DNA from: Vulcanimicrobiota bacterium
GTDB taxonomy: Bacteria; Vulcanimicrobiota; Vulcanimicrobiia; Vulcanimicrobiales; Vulcanimicrobiaceae
Length of the DNA: 64,000 nt
Assembly (NCBI GenBank): GCA_963695225.1
Contig: OY968762.1
Span: 2,816,001 to 2,880,000 of the forward strand
Reading direction: 5' to 3'
In this document: in pieces, positions 28,352-37,515 of the stretch
How positions within the stretch are numbered: position 1 is the stretch's first letter
Layout of the letters: every line of letters begins with the position of its first letter
Translations under genes and position numbers: made by a program
The notes under the pieces: model-generated
Seen by the model: only the letters and a program-made list of their open reading frames with translations
Database searches by the model: none
Told to the model about the DNA's origin: nothing

Positions 28352-29253
28352 ACAGGCTCCTCATGCCAGCATTGGCCCGTATAATCCCACGTCTTCTCCA
28401 CGCCGCGAACGCGAAAATCGATCGGGCCGGCTATAAAAGGTCGAATGATTGATAGGCAGTCCGCGAGAGTCGGGGGTGCATGAGCAGCGTGTGCCCGCTT
28501 GAGAAAAGCCCTGTAATGCCGTTCGCGTTCGGGTGTTGCCGCGGCGCCCGCAATGGCCGGGATCAGCGTTTCGATGTCTGTTCCGCGTGTTGTGAAGGTC
28601 AGATCGATTGCCGTCCAGAGGGGCCCGGCATAGAAGGGCAAGCTTGCTGCCAAGCTGGCGATATCCGCGAAATCCTTGGAACGGCCATTATCATCACCGA
28701 GCGCAGCCGCAGCCTCGAGCTTCTCAGCTATGACGCTTTCCGGACTATATGCGCGCAAACGCGCATGAGGCATGCCCTCGATGAGCGTTGGGAAATCAAA
28801 GGGAACGGGTTGGTACACGCGATCGCCGAACCCGATATCGATTTGGACGGCAATACGCTCCTTCCCGAACACGATGGGAACAGTGCATCGGATACCGCCA
28901 TACTTGCTGTCTTTGCGGATGGGGACAAGTGCGATATCATCGGGCAAGAACTCGAGGCCGTCTGGTTCAACGTCGGCGGCGATCGTCTCGGTGATGAGAG
29001 AACGAACCGTGTCGAAATCACCGCCAAACGTGCCGCGCACATCGATGTCGCCGGTCGCTCGCGACATGTTGTCTGTCAAGGCGGTGACGAGCGTTCCTCC
29101 TTTGACCATAAACGCCGCTGCGTGGGGACTTTTTGAAATTCGGTAGAGCGTTCGCTCCTGAGCATACCGTATTAGAAGCAAGTTGTATGGCTGTTTCGCG
29201 ATCGGCGAAAGGCCGAGGAGCCGCTGCTTTATTGCCGCCGCCGACGTATTCAT
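28348..29253 (-). CDS. AbiEii/AbiGii nucleotidyltransferase toxin (type IV TA)
   Basis: KGG, R.T.DID, AEKL and R.KDF.D motifs. Confidence 0.9.
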   Translation of the reverse strand: MNTSAAAIKQRLLGLSPIAKQPYNLLLIRYAQERTLYRISKSPHAAAFMVKGGTLVTALTDNMSRATGDIDVRGTFGGDFDTVRSLITETIAADVEPDGLEFLPDDIALVPIRKDSKYGGIRCTVPIVFGKERIAVQIDIGFGDRVYQPVPFDFPTLIEGMPHARLRAYSPESVIAEKLEAAAALGDDNGRSKDFADIASLAASLPFYAGPLWTAIDLTFTTRGTDIETLIPAIAGAAATPERERHYRAFLKRAHAAHAPPTLADCLSIIRPFIAGPIDFRVRGVEKTWDYTGQCWHEEPV

Positions 29254-29891
29254 GAGTTCGCGTCCAACGTCCTGAGCGGCGGCAAGACAAAGGCCTCCGT
29301 CTTCGTTGCGCGGGCGGCATCAGTAAACTTCTTGCGATCGTAGGCTGTGTGAAGCAGTGCGCCCAAGGCCTCGTAGGCAATATCCTCGCCGACGAGCTTG
29401 CGATATCGAAACGCATCGCAGACGCTTCGCTCCGGTGAGAAGATGCGAAAGAAGCCCCCGGTCGATGCCGCAACGCGGAGGACGTCGCGATTAAGGAGGC
29501 GTTGCGCCATCTTCACGTAACGGATCGGCAAGTCTGCGGGAGCCTCGTTATTGCTCCCCGGCGGCACGGCCAGGTCAACGGCAATCGGGATTTGCGTGGT
29601 TAACCCGTAGTGGCTGAGGGCGGACACGAGAGACACTACGCCGCGTGGAGTGATCCGGCACGCTTCGACAAAGGCAAACTCTCCGGCCGGGGGCTGGCCG
29701 GCAAGTCGATAGATCCCGTGGCGGGTTCGAAGGATCGCTCCACGGTCGAGGAGTTTGCGGATTGTGCGATCCGAGTGGCCGCCTCGGTCGATGTCGGCGC
29801 GTGTCATGACGCCCCCGCTGGCCTGCATGGCCGCGAGAAGACGCTCCGGAGCGCCGTTTCGAATCGTAAGAAATGCTGTATTTTGACTCAT
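29250..29891 (-). CDS. AbiEi type IV antitoxin
   Basis: Winged-helix 'R..HGIY', SAL.HYGLTTQIP and ERSVCD motifs; ATGA overlap with the toxin. Confidence 0.9.
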   Translation of the reverse strand: MSQNTAFLTIRNGAPERLLAAMQASGGVMTRADIDRGGHSDRTIRKLLDRGAILRTRHGIYRLAGQPPAGEFAFVEACRITPRGVVSLVSALSHYGLTTQIPIAVDLAVPPGSNNEAPADLPIRYVKMAQRLLNRDVLRVAASTGGFFRIFSPERSVCDAFRYRKLVGEDIAYEALGALLHTAYDRKKFTDAARATKTEAFVLPPLRTLDANS

Positions 29892-29908
29892 AAACCGGCT
29901 ATACGCGT

Positions 29909-29938
29909 AGTCTATATGCCTCATTATTAAAAAGTCAA
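29909..29938 (-). promoter_or_regulatory. abiE promoter
   Basis: TTGACT, 18 nt, TAGACT on the minus strand in an AT-rich patch. Confidence 0.6.
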
Positions 29939-29980
29939 GTAGAGCGGTCGAGCAGTAACCAGACGAGGCGCTAGGCAGGC

Positions 29981-29994
29981 AGAACGCACGTTCG
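29981..29994. promoter_or_regulatory. Candidate LexA box
   Basis: CGAAC-GTGC-GTTCT on the minus strand. Confidence 0.45.
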
Positions 29995-30220
29995 TTGTGG
30001 CTGCCGGTCCCTGGCAATGCGTGGTGAGGGCCAAGCAAAGAATCGCTGCAGCGGGCGCTGGCTATCGTTCGGGTCAGGCGGCAACGGCCGGTGCCACAGC
30101 GCGAGGGTGCAGAGCATGTCGCCGGCGAGGGCTGCCGTTCGCCGGGATACTACCGCCGGCAAAGCAAAGCCGAAGGCCTTCAGGCCCGACAAATGCCGGC
30201 ATGCTGGAGAAGGACCCTAC

Positions 30221-30787
30221 TCAGGTCGGATCGGAGTTTTCCTCTTCGCCAAATAGTCCCGAGACGGGGATCGCGGTGCCGAGGACTTCGAAGGTGTCGC
30301 GCTCGCTGAAGACTTGGCCATGTTCTTTGCCGAGATCGTCGGGCGAGGCGTAGCATTCGACTTGACGCAACGGGATGTTGACGATCCAGGCCGGCACGCC
30401 GGCATTCACGTAGAGCGGAATCTTGTAGTTTCGATCGACGGCGTACGTCGTGTCGGAGACTTCAATGAACGCGAACGCGTCGGCGGACGTTGGGCCGGGG
30501 CGAAAGAACCTGTCCGCAAGAACGGCGACGTCGACTTCCGGGGCATCGTTGGCTTGCCATCCGGGCACGGCGACGGCGTCTTGAGACTGGACGATGTACG
30601 GTGAATGGAAGAGGCCGTGAGCGAGAATGCGATGGAGCGCGCGCACGGCGTACCGATGAGGCTCGTTGCGCGGCGACACGTCGTAGATCACTCCTCCGAG
30701 CAACTCGGTCCGCTCCGGGATATCGAGCGCCATATACCGCTCGACGGTGAAGTGGTGCGGAGTCATTTCGGGTTCGAGGAGTTGCAT
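30221..30787 (-). CDS. Uma2 (DUF820) family PD-(D/E)XK-like protein
   Basis: FTVERY, ELLGG.I, PE.DVAV, IEVSDTT and K..LY..AGVP motifs. Confidence 0.88.
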   Translation of the reverse strand: MQLLEPEMTPHHFTVERYMALDIPERTELLGGVIYDVSPRNEPHRYAVRALHRILAHGLFHSPYIVQSQDAVAVPGWQANDAPEVDVAVLADRFFRPGPTSADAFAFIEVSDTTYAVDRNYKIPLYVNAGVPAWIVNIPLRQVECYASPDDLGKEHGQVFSERDTFEVLGTAIPVSGLFGEEENSDPT

Positions 30788-31151
30788 TGCCTGATGCCCC
30801 CGGCGATCTACTAGGATTCGCTAATTCCCGATTAGGCCGGACTCTTCCCAGCGTCGCGACGGCCTCACCGCCCGTTCCCACGAGGAGAGCCGAGCCGCGG
30901 CGCCCACGCTTCGTATCGCGACGGCGACGGCGTAACGCTAGTGCGGATCCGGCGCGGTCAGCGCGGCGCAGTCACCGAAGAACCCGGGAGCGGCAGCGCT
31001 CTCTTGCCGAAGTGATGACGAGCCGCCGGGCGGGCGGGCTCCCATTGGGGGGCTCGGACGGCGAACCGCGAACAGGTTCGGCCCCTTGATCCGGGAGGAA
31101 TGCCGTGGCGCGGCGAGCCGTTCTGAGCGTTCTGAGGCGCGGAGTTCCGGC

Positions 31152-31598
31152 GTGAAGCCGCCGCGCGACGCGAACAAGACTACGTCGTCACAGGTCGGCC
31201 GTTCGTCGCTGACGCGGCGAAGCGGCGGACGCCGCGGCGATCTGACGCAGATCGAATTCGAGCGCGTCGTCGAAGAAGCGCTCGAGTCGTTGCCGAAGCG
31301 GTTTGCGGATCTCATCCGCAACGTCATCATCGTCGTGGAGGAAGAGCCGACCGACGAAGACCTCGACGTCTTGGAGGAGGACGGAGACGACGCCGAACTG
31401 CTCGGCATCTACCGCGGCGTCGCGCTCACGGAACGCTCGCATGACGCGCCGCTCTTGCCCGACGAGATCGCGATCTTCCGCGGCCCGATCAATCGCGTCG
31501 CACTCAACCGCCGAGACGCGGTGGACCAAGTGCGCGAGACCGTGATCCACGAGCTGGGCCACTACTTCGGCCTCGACGACGAAGAGATGCCGTATTAG
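31152..31598 (+). CDS. Minimal zincin metallopeptidase (DUF1025-like); start uncertain
   Basis: LLGIYRG, PD.I.IFR.PI and HELGHYFG motifs. Confidence 0.85.
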   Translation: MKPPRDANKTTSSQVGRSSLTRRSGGRRGDLTQIEFERVVEEALESLPKRFADLIRNVIIVVEEEPTDEDLDVLEEDGDDAELLGIYRGVALTERSHDAPLLPDEIAIFRGPINRVALNRRDAVDQVRETVIHELGHYFGLDDEEMPY

Positions 31599-31622
31599 CT
31601 GCCTTCGCGGCCCAGGCTAGCG

Positions 31623-32411
31623 TTACGGCGTCACTAGCGCATGCTCGGATACGGGCTCCGCGCCGAGCCAGGCCCAGGCGCTCGCTTCGTCCGCGAGTTC
31701 GAAATGCCGGATCTCGATCTTGAAGGCGGAATCGAGGAGCGAGACCCACGGGCCGAGCCACGGCGGGCCGCCGACGATCGCGAAGCGTTCGACCTGAGCC
31801 AGCGACCGGCGCTTGAGGTCGATGACGTCCTTGTCGAGCACGCCCGCGATCGCGGCGCCGTCGAATCGTCTCAGTCGCGCGAGCGCTCGAAGCGGCCGGT
31901 ACGCCCGAAGCGACTCGTCGAAACGGGCTGCCAGGGCCTTTTGCTCGGCGGCGCCGGGCTTTCCGTCGATGCAGAAGGCGAAGACGTTCGGCGAGCTCGT
32001 CTCGATGATGCTCGTCGCGACGCGGTGCGGAAGGGGCGAACGTCCGTCGACCCAGGCGCGGGCCTGCTCCCGTTCCGCGCCGATGAACGTCTCGTAGTGG
32101 ACGTGCGGAAGGATCGCGCTTTCGAGCTTGCTCGCCAGGCGTATCCATGCGGTGTCGCTGACGATCGCGATGCGCCCCAGGTGATCGAGCTTCGGCAAGA
32201 ACGACGCGGCGCTCGCTAGATAACCCGGCAGCTCCTTGATATCGAAGCCGGTGAAGTTCTCGGCTTCGACGTACACGTGGACCTTTTCGTCCGTCGCGAA
32301 GCGCTTCGCGAAGAACGCCTTGGCGTGCTCGACGGCGTCGTGATCGAGCTTCCCGTTGACGCGAACGGCGACCACGCCCGCGTCCGATTCCAAGATTTCG
32401 AGCATGTCCAA
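31623..32411 (-). CDS. Tandem SpoIIAA-like (STAS/SEC14) domain protein
   Basis: Two repeats of 'A...GK', 'RIAIV...W' and 'F......A.AW'. Confidence 0.8.
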   Translation of the reverse strand: MDMLEILESDAGVVAVRVNGKLDHDAVEHAKAFFAKRFATDEKVHVYVEAENFTGFDIKELPGYLASAASFLPKLDHLGRIAIVSDTAWIRLASKLESAILPHVHYETFIGAEREQARAWVDGRSPLPHRVATSIIETSSPNVFAFCIDGKPGAAEQKALAARFDESLRAYRPLRALARLRRFDGAAIAGVLDKDVIDLKRRSLAQVERFAIVGGPPWLGPWVSLLDSAFKIEIRHFELADEASAWAWLGAEPVSEHALVTP

Positions 32412-32459
32412 AGCTTCGGGAGCGCGCGCCGGGTTCCGCCGGCTCGCTCGTCGACGAGC

Positions 32460-33728
32460 TCAGGGCGTCGCGAACGCATCCGCCATTTCGGCTTGTTCGC
32501 TTCTCTTGATGCCTAGGGCGGTCGCAATCCCGCTCCATTCGCGAACCGCGTCTGCGAGCCGGTCGATAATCGACGTTGCCTGGGCGGCTTTGATTCGAAA
32601 ATACGGCGCGACGGAGCGCGCGAGGTCGAGATCGAGCGCGTTGTCGCTCTCATCGATGTTCAGGCTTAGCCCGCTCGAGCCCGGAACCGGATTCATGTCG
32701 TAGGCCGGGGACAACCGCCACCCCGCGTTCGGCGCGAGCAAGAAGCCGTGGTTGCGAAGATGGTCGTCGACGTTGGACACCATCACGTTGAAGACGATGC
32801 GCGACCAGAGTTCGATGAGGTCTTCGCGCGGCGCAGCCCCTAGCGACATGATGACCTCGGCGATTTCGAGGTAGCTTGCGCCGGTGGATGCGCCGTCGCC
32901 GTCGACGTGGCCGGTGAGCGTCATCGCGGAGGCAAAATGAATGCGCTCTCCTGATTCGCGCCGGTCGAAGCGCCGCACCATGAACGTATGCTCCGTGCTC
33001 GCGAAGCTTCGAGCATCGCTTCCCGGCACGCGCAGGCCGCAGCGCTCGGCGAGCTTCTGAACGACAAACTCCCACGCGCCGACATCGCGACGATCCTTCG
33101 TGCTGGGGAATTTCGCGATCCAGAGATGCCCCTCGGGGTCGGCGACGGTAGCCTTTGGCCGCGCGCCGCCGAGCGAGGCGCCGGGCGCGAGGAGCAGGCG
33201 CAGCCACTCCTCCTCGGCCGGATCGTCGCCGTCGGGGTCTTCTTCGATCCCGCGGCTCGCGGATTCGAGTTCGCGGAGCCGAACGAACGGCGGCGCGGCG
33301 GTCACGTGCCGGTCATCGAGGAACGGCCCGTTCGGCTCCCGTTTGTAGCGCAGCGCCCCGGAGCGAAACGCGTCGTGCACGCCGAGCAGATAGTCCGATT
33401 CGGCGAGGCGCGCGTTCGCGGGCACGAGCCCGGCGCGCTTCTCGCGATCGAACCGGCGACGAATGAGCGTTTCTCCCCAGCGATCCGGGCTCGAATCCTT
33501 GAAGGCGCCGAAGATCGCGCGGCCGGCTTTGGGGAATTGGCGGCCCGGAAAGACCCCCAAGTCCGGATCGAGCACCTGTTTCGCGAGCGCCTTTTCGGCG
33601 AGCGCCTCGCTATCGAACTCGAAGTCGAAGATCTCGCCCGTCCGCCCCGGGCGCGCGCGCAGCGTTCCGAGCTGTTTCGGAGGCTCGCCGGCGTTCCAAT
33701 CCCGGTAGACCGCGATCACGCGTTCCAT
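32460..33728 (-). CDS. hipA: HipA family kinase toxin
   Basis: PDRWG, GASLGGARPK, IAKFPS, DDHLRNHG and LSPAYD motifs. Confidence 0.93.
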   Translation of the reverse strand: MERVIAVYRDWNAGEPPKQLGTLRARPGRTGEIFDFEFDSEALAEKALAKQVLDPDLGVFPGRQFPKAGRAIFGAFKDSSPDRWGETLIRRRFDREKRAGLVPANARLAESDYLLGVHDAFRSGALRYKREPNGPFLDDRHVTAAPPFVRLRELESASRGIEEDPDGDDPAEEEWLRLLLAPGASLGGARPKATVADPEGHLWIAKFPSTKDRRDVGAWEFVVQKLAERCGLRVPGSDARSFASTEHTFMVRRFDRRESGERIHFASAMTLTGHVDGDGASTGASYLEIAEVIMSLGAAPREDLIELWSRIVFNVMVSNVDDHLRNHGFLLAPNAGWRLSPAYDMNPVPGSSGLSLNIDESDNALDLDLARSVAPYFRIKAAQATSIIDRLADAVREWSGIATALGIKRSEQAEMADAFATP

Positions 33729-34042
33729 CGAGATTCGCCTTTCGCACGGCCGGCGCGCGGAAGGGCCGCGTCCTGGAGGTTCCGGCCGAGCGTATCGACC
33801 TCCGCGATCGCGTCGAGGTCGCCGTCGAGCCCCAGAACGTGCAGAACCGAAGCGTAGGCGCCGATCGTGACGCCCATGCCCCCGTTCTCGACGTTGCGCA
33901 GCGTCGTCACGGACATTCCCGCCCGTTCCGCGACGAGTTTAGCCGAGAGGCGGCGCCGCAGCCGGGCCGTGCGGATCCGTTCGCCAAGGCGTGCCAGCCG
34001 GCGTTCGAGCGGTGGAAGCAGCGGAGCGACGCGTTTGGACAT
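33716..34042 (-). CDS. XRE-family HTH antitoxin (HipB-like)
   Basis: LGERIR.AR.RR.LS...VAERAG.S..TL..VE.G; overlaps hipA. Confidence 0.88.
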   Translation of the reverse strand: MSKRVAPLLPPLERRLARLGERIRTARLRRRLSAKLVAERAGMSVTTLRNVENGGMGVTIGAYASVLHVLGLDGDLDAIAEVDTLGRNLQDAALPRAGRAKGESRWNA

Positions 34043-34089
34043 GCTATTATTCTAGCATATAGTCTAGTAAAGTGATAGAATAATGGCAT
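34041..34089 (-). promoter_or_regulatory. hipBA promoter/operator, probably leaderless
   Basis: 13/14 inverted repeat (34041-34054 / 34076-34089); TGnTAGAAT ends 6 nt before the ATG. Confidence 0.7.
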
Positions 34090-34142
34090 ATTAGATCAGC
34101 GAGCGCGAGCTGCGAGACGAGAACGGCGAGCAGGTCCTGGCT

Positions 34143-34308
34143 CCCGATCCCGATCCCGATCCCGATCCCGATCCCGATCCCGATCCCGATCCCGATCCCG
34201 ATCCCGATCCCGATCCCGATCCCGATCCCGATCCCGATCCCGATCCCGATCCCGATCCCCGATCCCCGATCCCCGATCCCCGATCCCCGATCCCCGATCC
34301 CGATCCCG
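34143..34308. repeat. Simple tandem repeat (CCCGAT)19(CCCCGAT)6(CCCGAT)1 CCCG
   Basis: Counted directly from the sequence. Confidence 0.95.
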
Positions 34309-34332
34309 TTCACGAAGCGGTGAGCGACAGCG

Positions 34333-36087
34333 TTATGGAACTGCCGGCGTACTGTCCGCGACGCCGAGCTCTTCCAGCGCTTCGTGCACCGATTTGAACT
34401 CGCGGCCGGGGCCGATGGCGGCGAGCAGCCCCGTTCGCGATGCCGCAGCTCGCGCGCGCTCGTCGGCCAGCCGCGCGATCGCGACGGTGATGCCGCGCTC
34501 TTTCAGCTTCGCGATCTCCTTGCTGAGCGTTTGCGCGCCGGAATAATCGACGTCGATCACGCCGCTTCCCTCGATAACCAGCACGCGCACCGGCTCGGGC
34601 GCCGCGGCCAGGCACGCGCGCAGGCGGCCGACGATGTATCCCGCGTTCGTGAACGTGATCGGCGCCGCGGGCGCGAACACGACGACTCCGGGGATTCGCT
34701 TTGCGGGCTCGGCGTCGTCCGGCGGCCACCAGATCGTCGTGCCGGCGACATTAGCCAATTCGACGCTCGGCGGGCGAGCGATGATGTAGATGCCTCGAGC
34801 GAGCGAGAGCACGATCGCGAGCAGCATCCCGGTTTCGATCGGCAGCACGACGAGAAGAAGCGCCGCGGCCACGACGAGCCAGATCTCGTTGCCGCCGCGT
34901 TGCGCGATGCGCACCATCTCGCCGCCGTGGACGATGCGCAACGCGATGTAGATCAGCACGCCGCCCAGCGCTGCAAGCGGCAGATACGCCGCGAGCTGCG
35001 ACCCGAACGCGACGAGAAGAGCGACGGCTGCGACGGCGGCGATGCTCGCGAGTTGCGAGCGCCCTCCCGACGAGTAGACGACCTCCGTGCGCGGCGGGCT
35101 CGCATTCACGGCGAACGCGCCGAGCAGCGAGGCCGCCATCGAGCCCATGCCGACCGCCGCGAAGGCGCCGCTCGGATCCTCCGGCGATTCCGGGTCCGGA
35201 GGAAATGACCGCACGACCAAGGCGGTCTGCACCATGCACACGGTCGCGACGATGAGCGCCACCGGAATCAGCCTTAGCATGTCGCGCAGATCGACGAGCG
35301 GAAACGTCACGCTCGGCAGCGCCGCGGGCAGCGCGCCGAGGACCGCCACGCCGTGTTGGTCCAGATGGAGTGCCGCTACGGCAATGCCTGCGGCGACGAG
35401 CCCGATCAGCGCGCCCGGAATCTTCTTGTTGATTTTCTCGCTCACGAGCGTGAGCGCGAGGACGCCGCCGCCGATCAGCAGCGCCGCTGCGTTGGTCTGC
35501 GGTAGCTCGCGAACGAGCGCCACAAAGCGGAGCGGGAGCGAGCCCGAACTCTCCGGCACTCCGAGAACGAGCGGCAACTGGCCGATCACGATGTGCACGG
35601 CAATGCCGGCCAGGAGCCCGGTCGTGACCGGGATCGAAAGCAGATCCGCGACCCAGCCCGCGCGCAGCAAGCCGGCGAGCACCAGCACGAATCCGGCCAG
35701 CAAGGCCACGACGGCGACCAGCGCGGGATACGGCACCGAGGTCCCGAGGGCGATCGCCGCAACGGCGCCGGCGAAGATCGGCGCGATCGTCGAATCGGCG
35801 CCGACCGATAGATACCGGTTCGCGCCGAACACCGCGAACGCGAGCGAACCCGCGGCGAAAGCGTAGAGGCCCGTCTGCGCGGGCATGCCCGCGAGCCGCG
35901 CCGTGGCAATCTGCTCGGGGATCGCGATGGCGGCCAGCATAAGGCCCGCCAGCAAATCGTTCGGGACCCACGCGAGCCGAAACCCGCGCAGGGACGCCAA
36001 GATCACGCGGTCCGGTTCGTGCCGGTAGGGTGAGGTCCTTCCGTTGCGTCTAGCGCTGCGATCGAACGAAGCAATCGAAACACGCAA
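34333..36087 (-). CDS. SulP/SLC26 anion transporter with STAS domain; start uncertain
   Basis: DLLAGL..AAIAIPE.IA.A.LAG...GLY motif; C-terminal STAS domain (ITFTNA, D.D.SG). Confidence 0.92.
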   Translation of the reverse strand: MRVSIASFDRSARRNGRTSPYRHEPDRVILASLRGFRLAWVPNDLLAGLMLAAIAIPEQIATARLAGMPAQTGLYAFAAGSLAFAVFGANRYLSVGADSTIAPIFAGAVAAIALGTSVPYPALVAVVALLAGFVLVLAGLLRAGWVADLLSIPVTTGLLAGIAVHIVIGQLPLVLGVPESSGSLPLRFVALVRELPQTNAAALLIGGGVLALTLVSEKINKKIPGALIGLVAAGIAVAALHLDQHGVAVLGALPAALPSVTFPLVDLRDMLRLIPVALIVATVCMVQTALVVRSFPPDPESPEDPSGAFAAVGMGSMAASLLGAFAVNASPPRTEVVYSSGGRSQLASIAAVAAVALLVAFGSQLAAYLPLAALGGVLIYIALRIVHGGEMVRIAQRGGNEIWLVVAAALLLVVLPIETGMLLAIVLSLARGIYIIARPPSVELANVAGTTIWWPPDDAEPAKRIPGVVVFAPAAPITFTNAGYIVGRLRACLAAAPEPVRVLVIEGSGVIDVDYSGAQTLSKEIAKLKERGITVAIARLADERARAAASRTGLLAAIGPGREFKSVHEALEELGVADSTPAVP

Positions 36088-36286
36088 TCGCGCTGCACGC
36101 CGCCGGCATTGAACCTGCGGTGAACCGCGCAGCGCTCTCGAGGTCGGCGCCGACGGTCGACGAGAACATCGGGGCCCCGGTTGCCTCGTCCGATGCGATG
36201 CGTATTTTGAACGCCCTTGGGGAAGTTGTTAGTTGATATACTAGCCGGCACGCCAGCGTTCGTGCGCCGTAAGGAAAGACGATCCG

Positions 36287-36742
36287 ATGCGTCCATCTCC
36301 CAGGAAAGTCGTCGCGATTGCGTGCGCGCTCGCGCTCGCGAGTGCCGTCCCGGCCGCGCTGGCCAAAGGAACGACGCGAATCCAGGAAAGCGACGGCGCG
36401 ATTCGAGACTATGCGGACGTTTCGATTCGCGTGATCGATCATCGGGCGGTGCACGTGACGTCGGCGGACGGCAGGGACACGCTCGAGGTCAGCAAGGGCG
36501 CCTGCACGTACGCCGGCGAGCTGGAACGCTGCCTGCCTTATCGGATCGTGCTCGACAAGTCCGGGACGCGCCACGAGATCTCGTTCCGGCGCGGCACCGA
36601 ATACGTGAATCGCAGCGACGAGCCGCACCAGCTGCCGCGCTCCTCCATGGAAGTGCCGCCGCACGGCATCCTGCTCTCGCTCTTGACGGCGCGCGGAACG
36701 TATATCACGGTGCGCGGCACCATCGATGGGATCGACCGATGA
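36287..36742 (+). CDS. Secreted hypothetical protein
   Basis: Signal peptide; beta-rich; Cys pair. Confidence 0.65.
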   Translation: MRPSPRKVVAIACALALASAVPAALAKGTTRIQESDGAIRDYADVSIRVIDHRAVHVTSADGRDTLEVSKGACTYAGELERCLPYRIVLDKSGTRHEISFRRGTEYVNRSDEPHQLPRSSMEVPPHGILLSLLTARGTYITVRGTIDGIDR

Positions 36743-37476
36743 AAGCACTCGTTTTCCCGCTCGCGGTGAGCGTCGCGCTCCTCGCTCTGCCTGCCGCGGC
36801 GCAACATGCCGGCAGCGATTCGCGCCGCGGCGCGGCGCCGGCGTACCACGCGCCCGCCACGCAGCCGCGTCCGCCCGCCCCGCAGCCGCATCCGCCCGCT
36901 ACGGGCGGCTCGCATTCGCCCTCCGCAAGCGGCTTCAACCTGAACCGCGACATCGGCGGAACCCGCCCGGTGATCCAATCCTTGCCCGCCGGCCACGTGA
37001 ATCAGCCGGTCGTCAACCGACGGGTGACGCAACCCGTGGCGCAGCGCCCGGAGAACCCGCCCGCGCGCACCTATGCTCCGCCGCCGGGGCGCCGAACGGC
37101 CTTCCCGAACCCCAGATACCACGGCCAGCCCGCCTGGGGCTGGAATCACGGCGTGCAATGGACCCCGGCGCCGGTGTATTACGGCGGCGGCTTCTGGGGC
37201 CCGTTCGTCCTCGGCGCGGCGGCGGGCGCGATCTTCTTCGGCACGTTCGACGATCCGTACACGAACCAAGCCTACGAATCGTATCAAGCGGAGCCGGACA
37301 GCCCGGGTGCGATCTTGCTACAGAACTACGGCTTGACGCAGACGCCGTGCGGACCGCCCGATCTCGTAGTCATCTTCGGCCCGGACAACAGCCTGATCTG
37401 CGCCTACCCGAACGACCAGGTCGGCCCCGGCGAGTACGACATGGACCCCTCGACGCTCTCGCTCGTGAGTCGTTAG
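36739..37476 (+). CDS. Secreted Pro/Gly/Trp-rich hypothetical protein
   Basis: ATGA overlap; signal peptide; disordered N-half; compact C-domain with two Cys. Confidence 0.7.
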   Translation: MKALVFPLAVSVALLALPAAAQHAGSDSRRGAAPAYHAPATQPRPPAPQPHPPATGGSHSPSASGFNLNRDIGGTRPVIQSLPAGHVNQPVVNRRVTQPVAQRPENPPARTYAPPPGRRTAFPNPRYHGQPAWGWNHGVQWTPAPVYYGGGFWGPFVLGAAAGAIFFGTFDDPYTNQAYESYQAEPDSPGAILLQNYGLTQTPCGPPDLVVIFGPDNSLICAYPNDQVGPGEYDMDPSTLSLVSR

Positions 37477-37515
37477 GCCTGTCGCGCCGCGCGCACTACC
37501 GCCGGCGGCGCAGCG

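Noticed and set aside
30853..31072. Possible riboswitch or ncRNA between Uma2 and zincin (similar GC-rich stems at about 30120-30200 and 62995-63175)
   Set aside because: Only degenerate pairing and no recognisable consensus.
31069..31080. CGAAC-AG-GTTCG as an SOS box
   Set aside because: The spacer is 2 nt rather than 4.
34143..34308. CRISPR array
   Set aside because: No spacers, a 6-7 bp unit and no cas genes; no CRISPR array was seen anywhere in the window.
34047..34313. 88-aa poly-(GI) ORF
   Set aside because: It is simply the translation of the tandem repeat and overlaps the hipB promoter.
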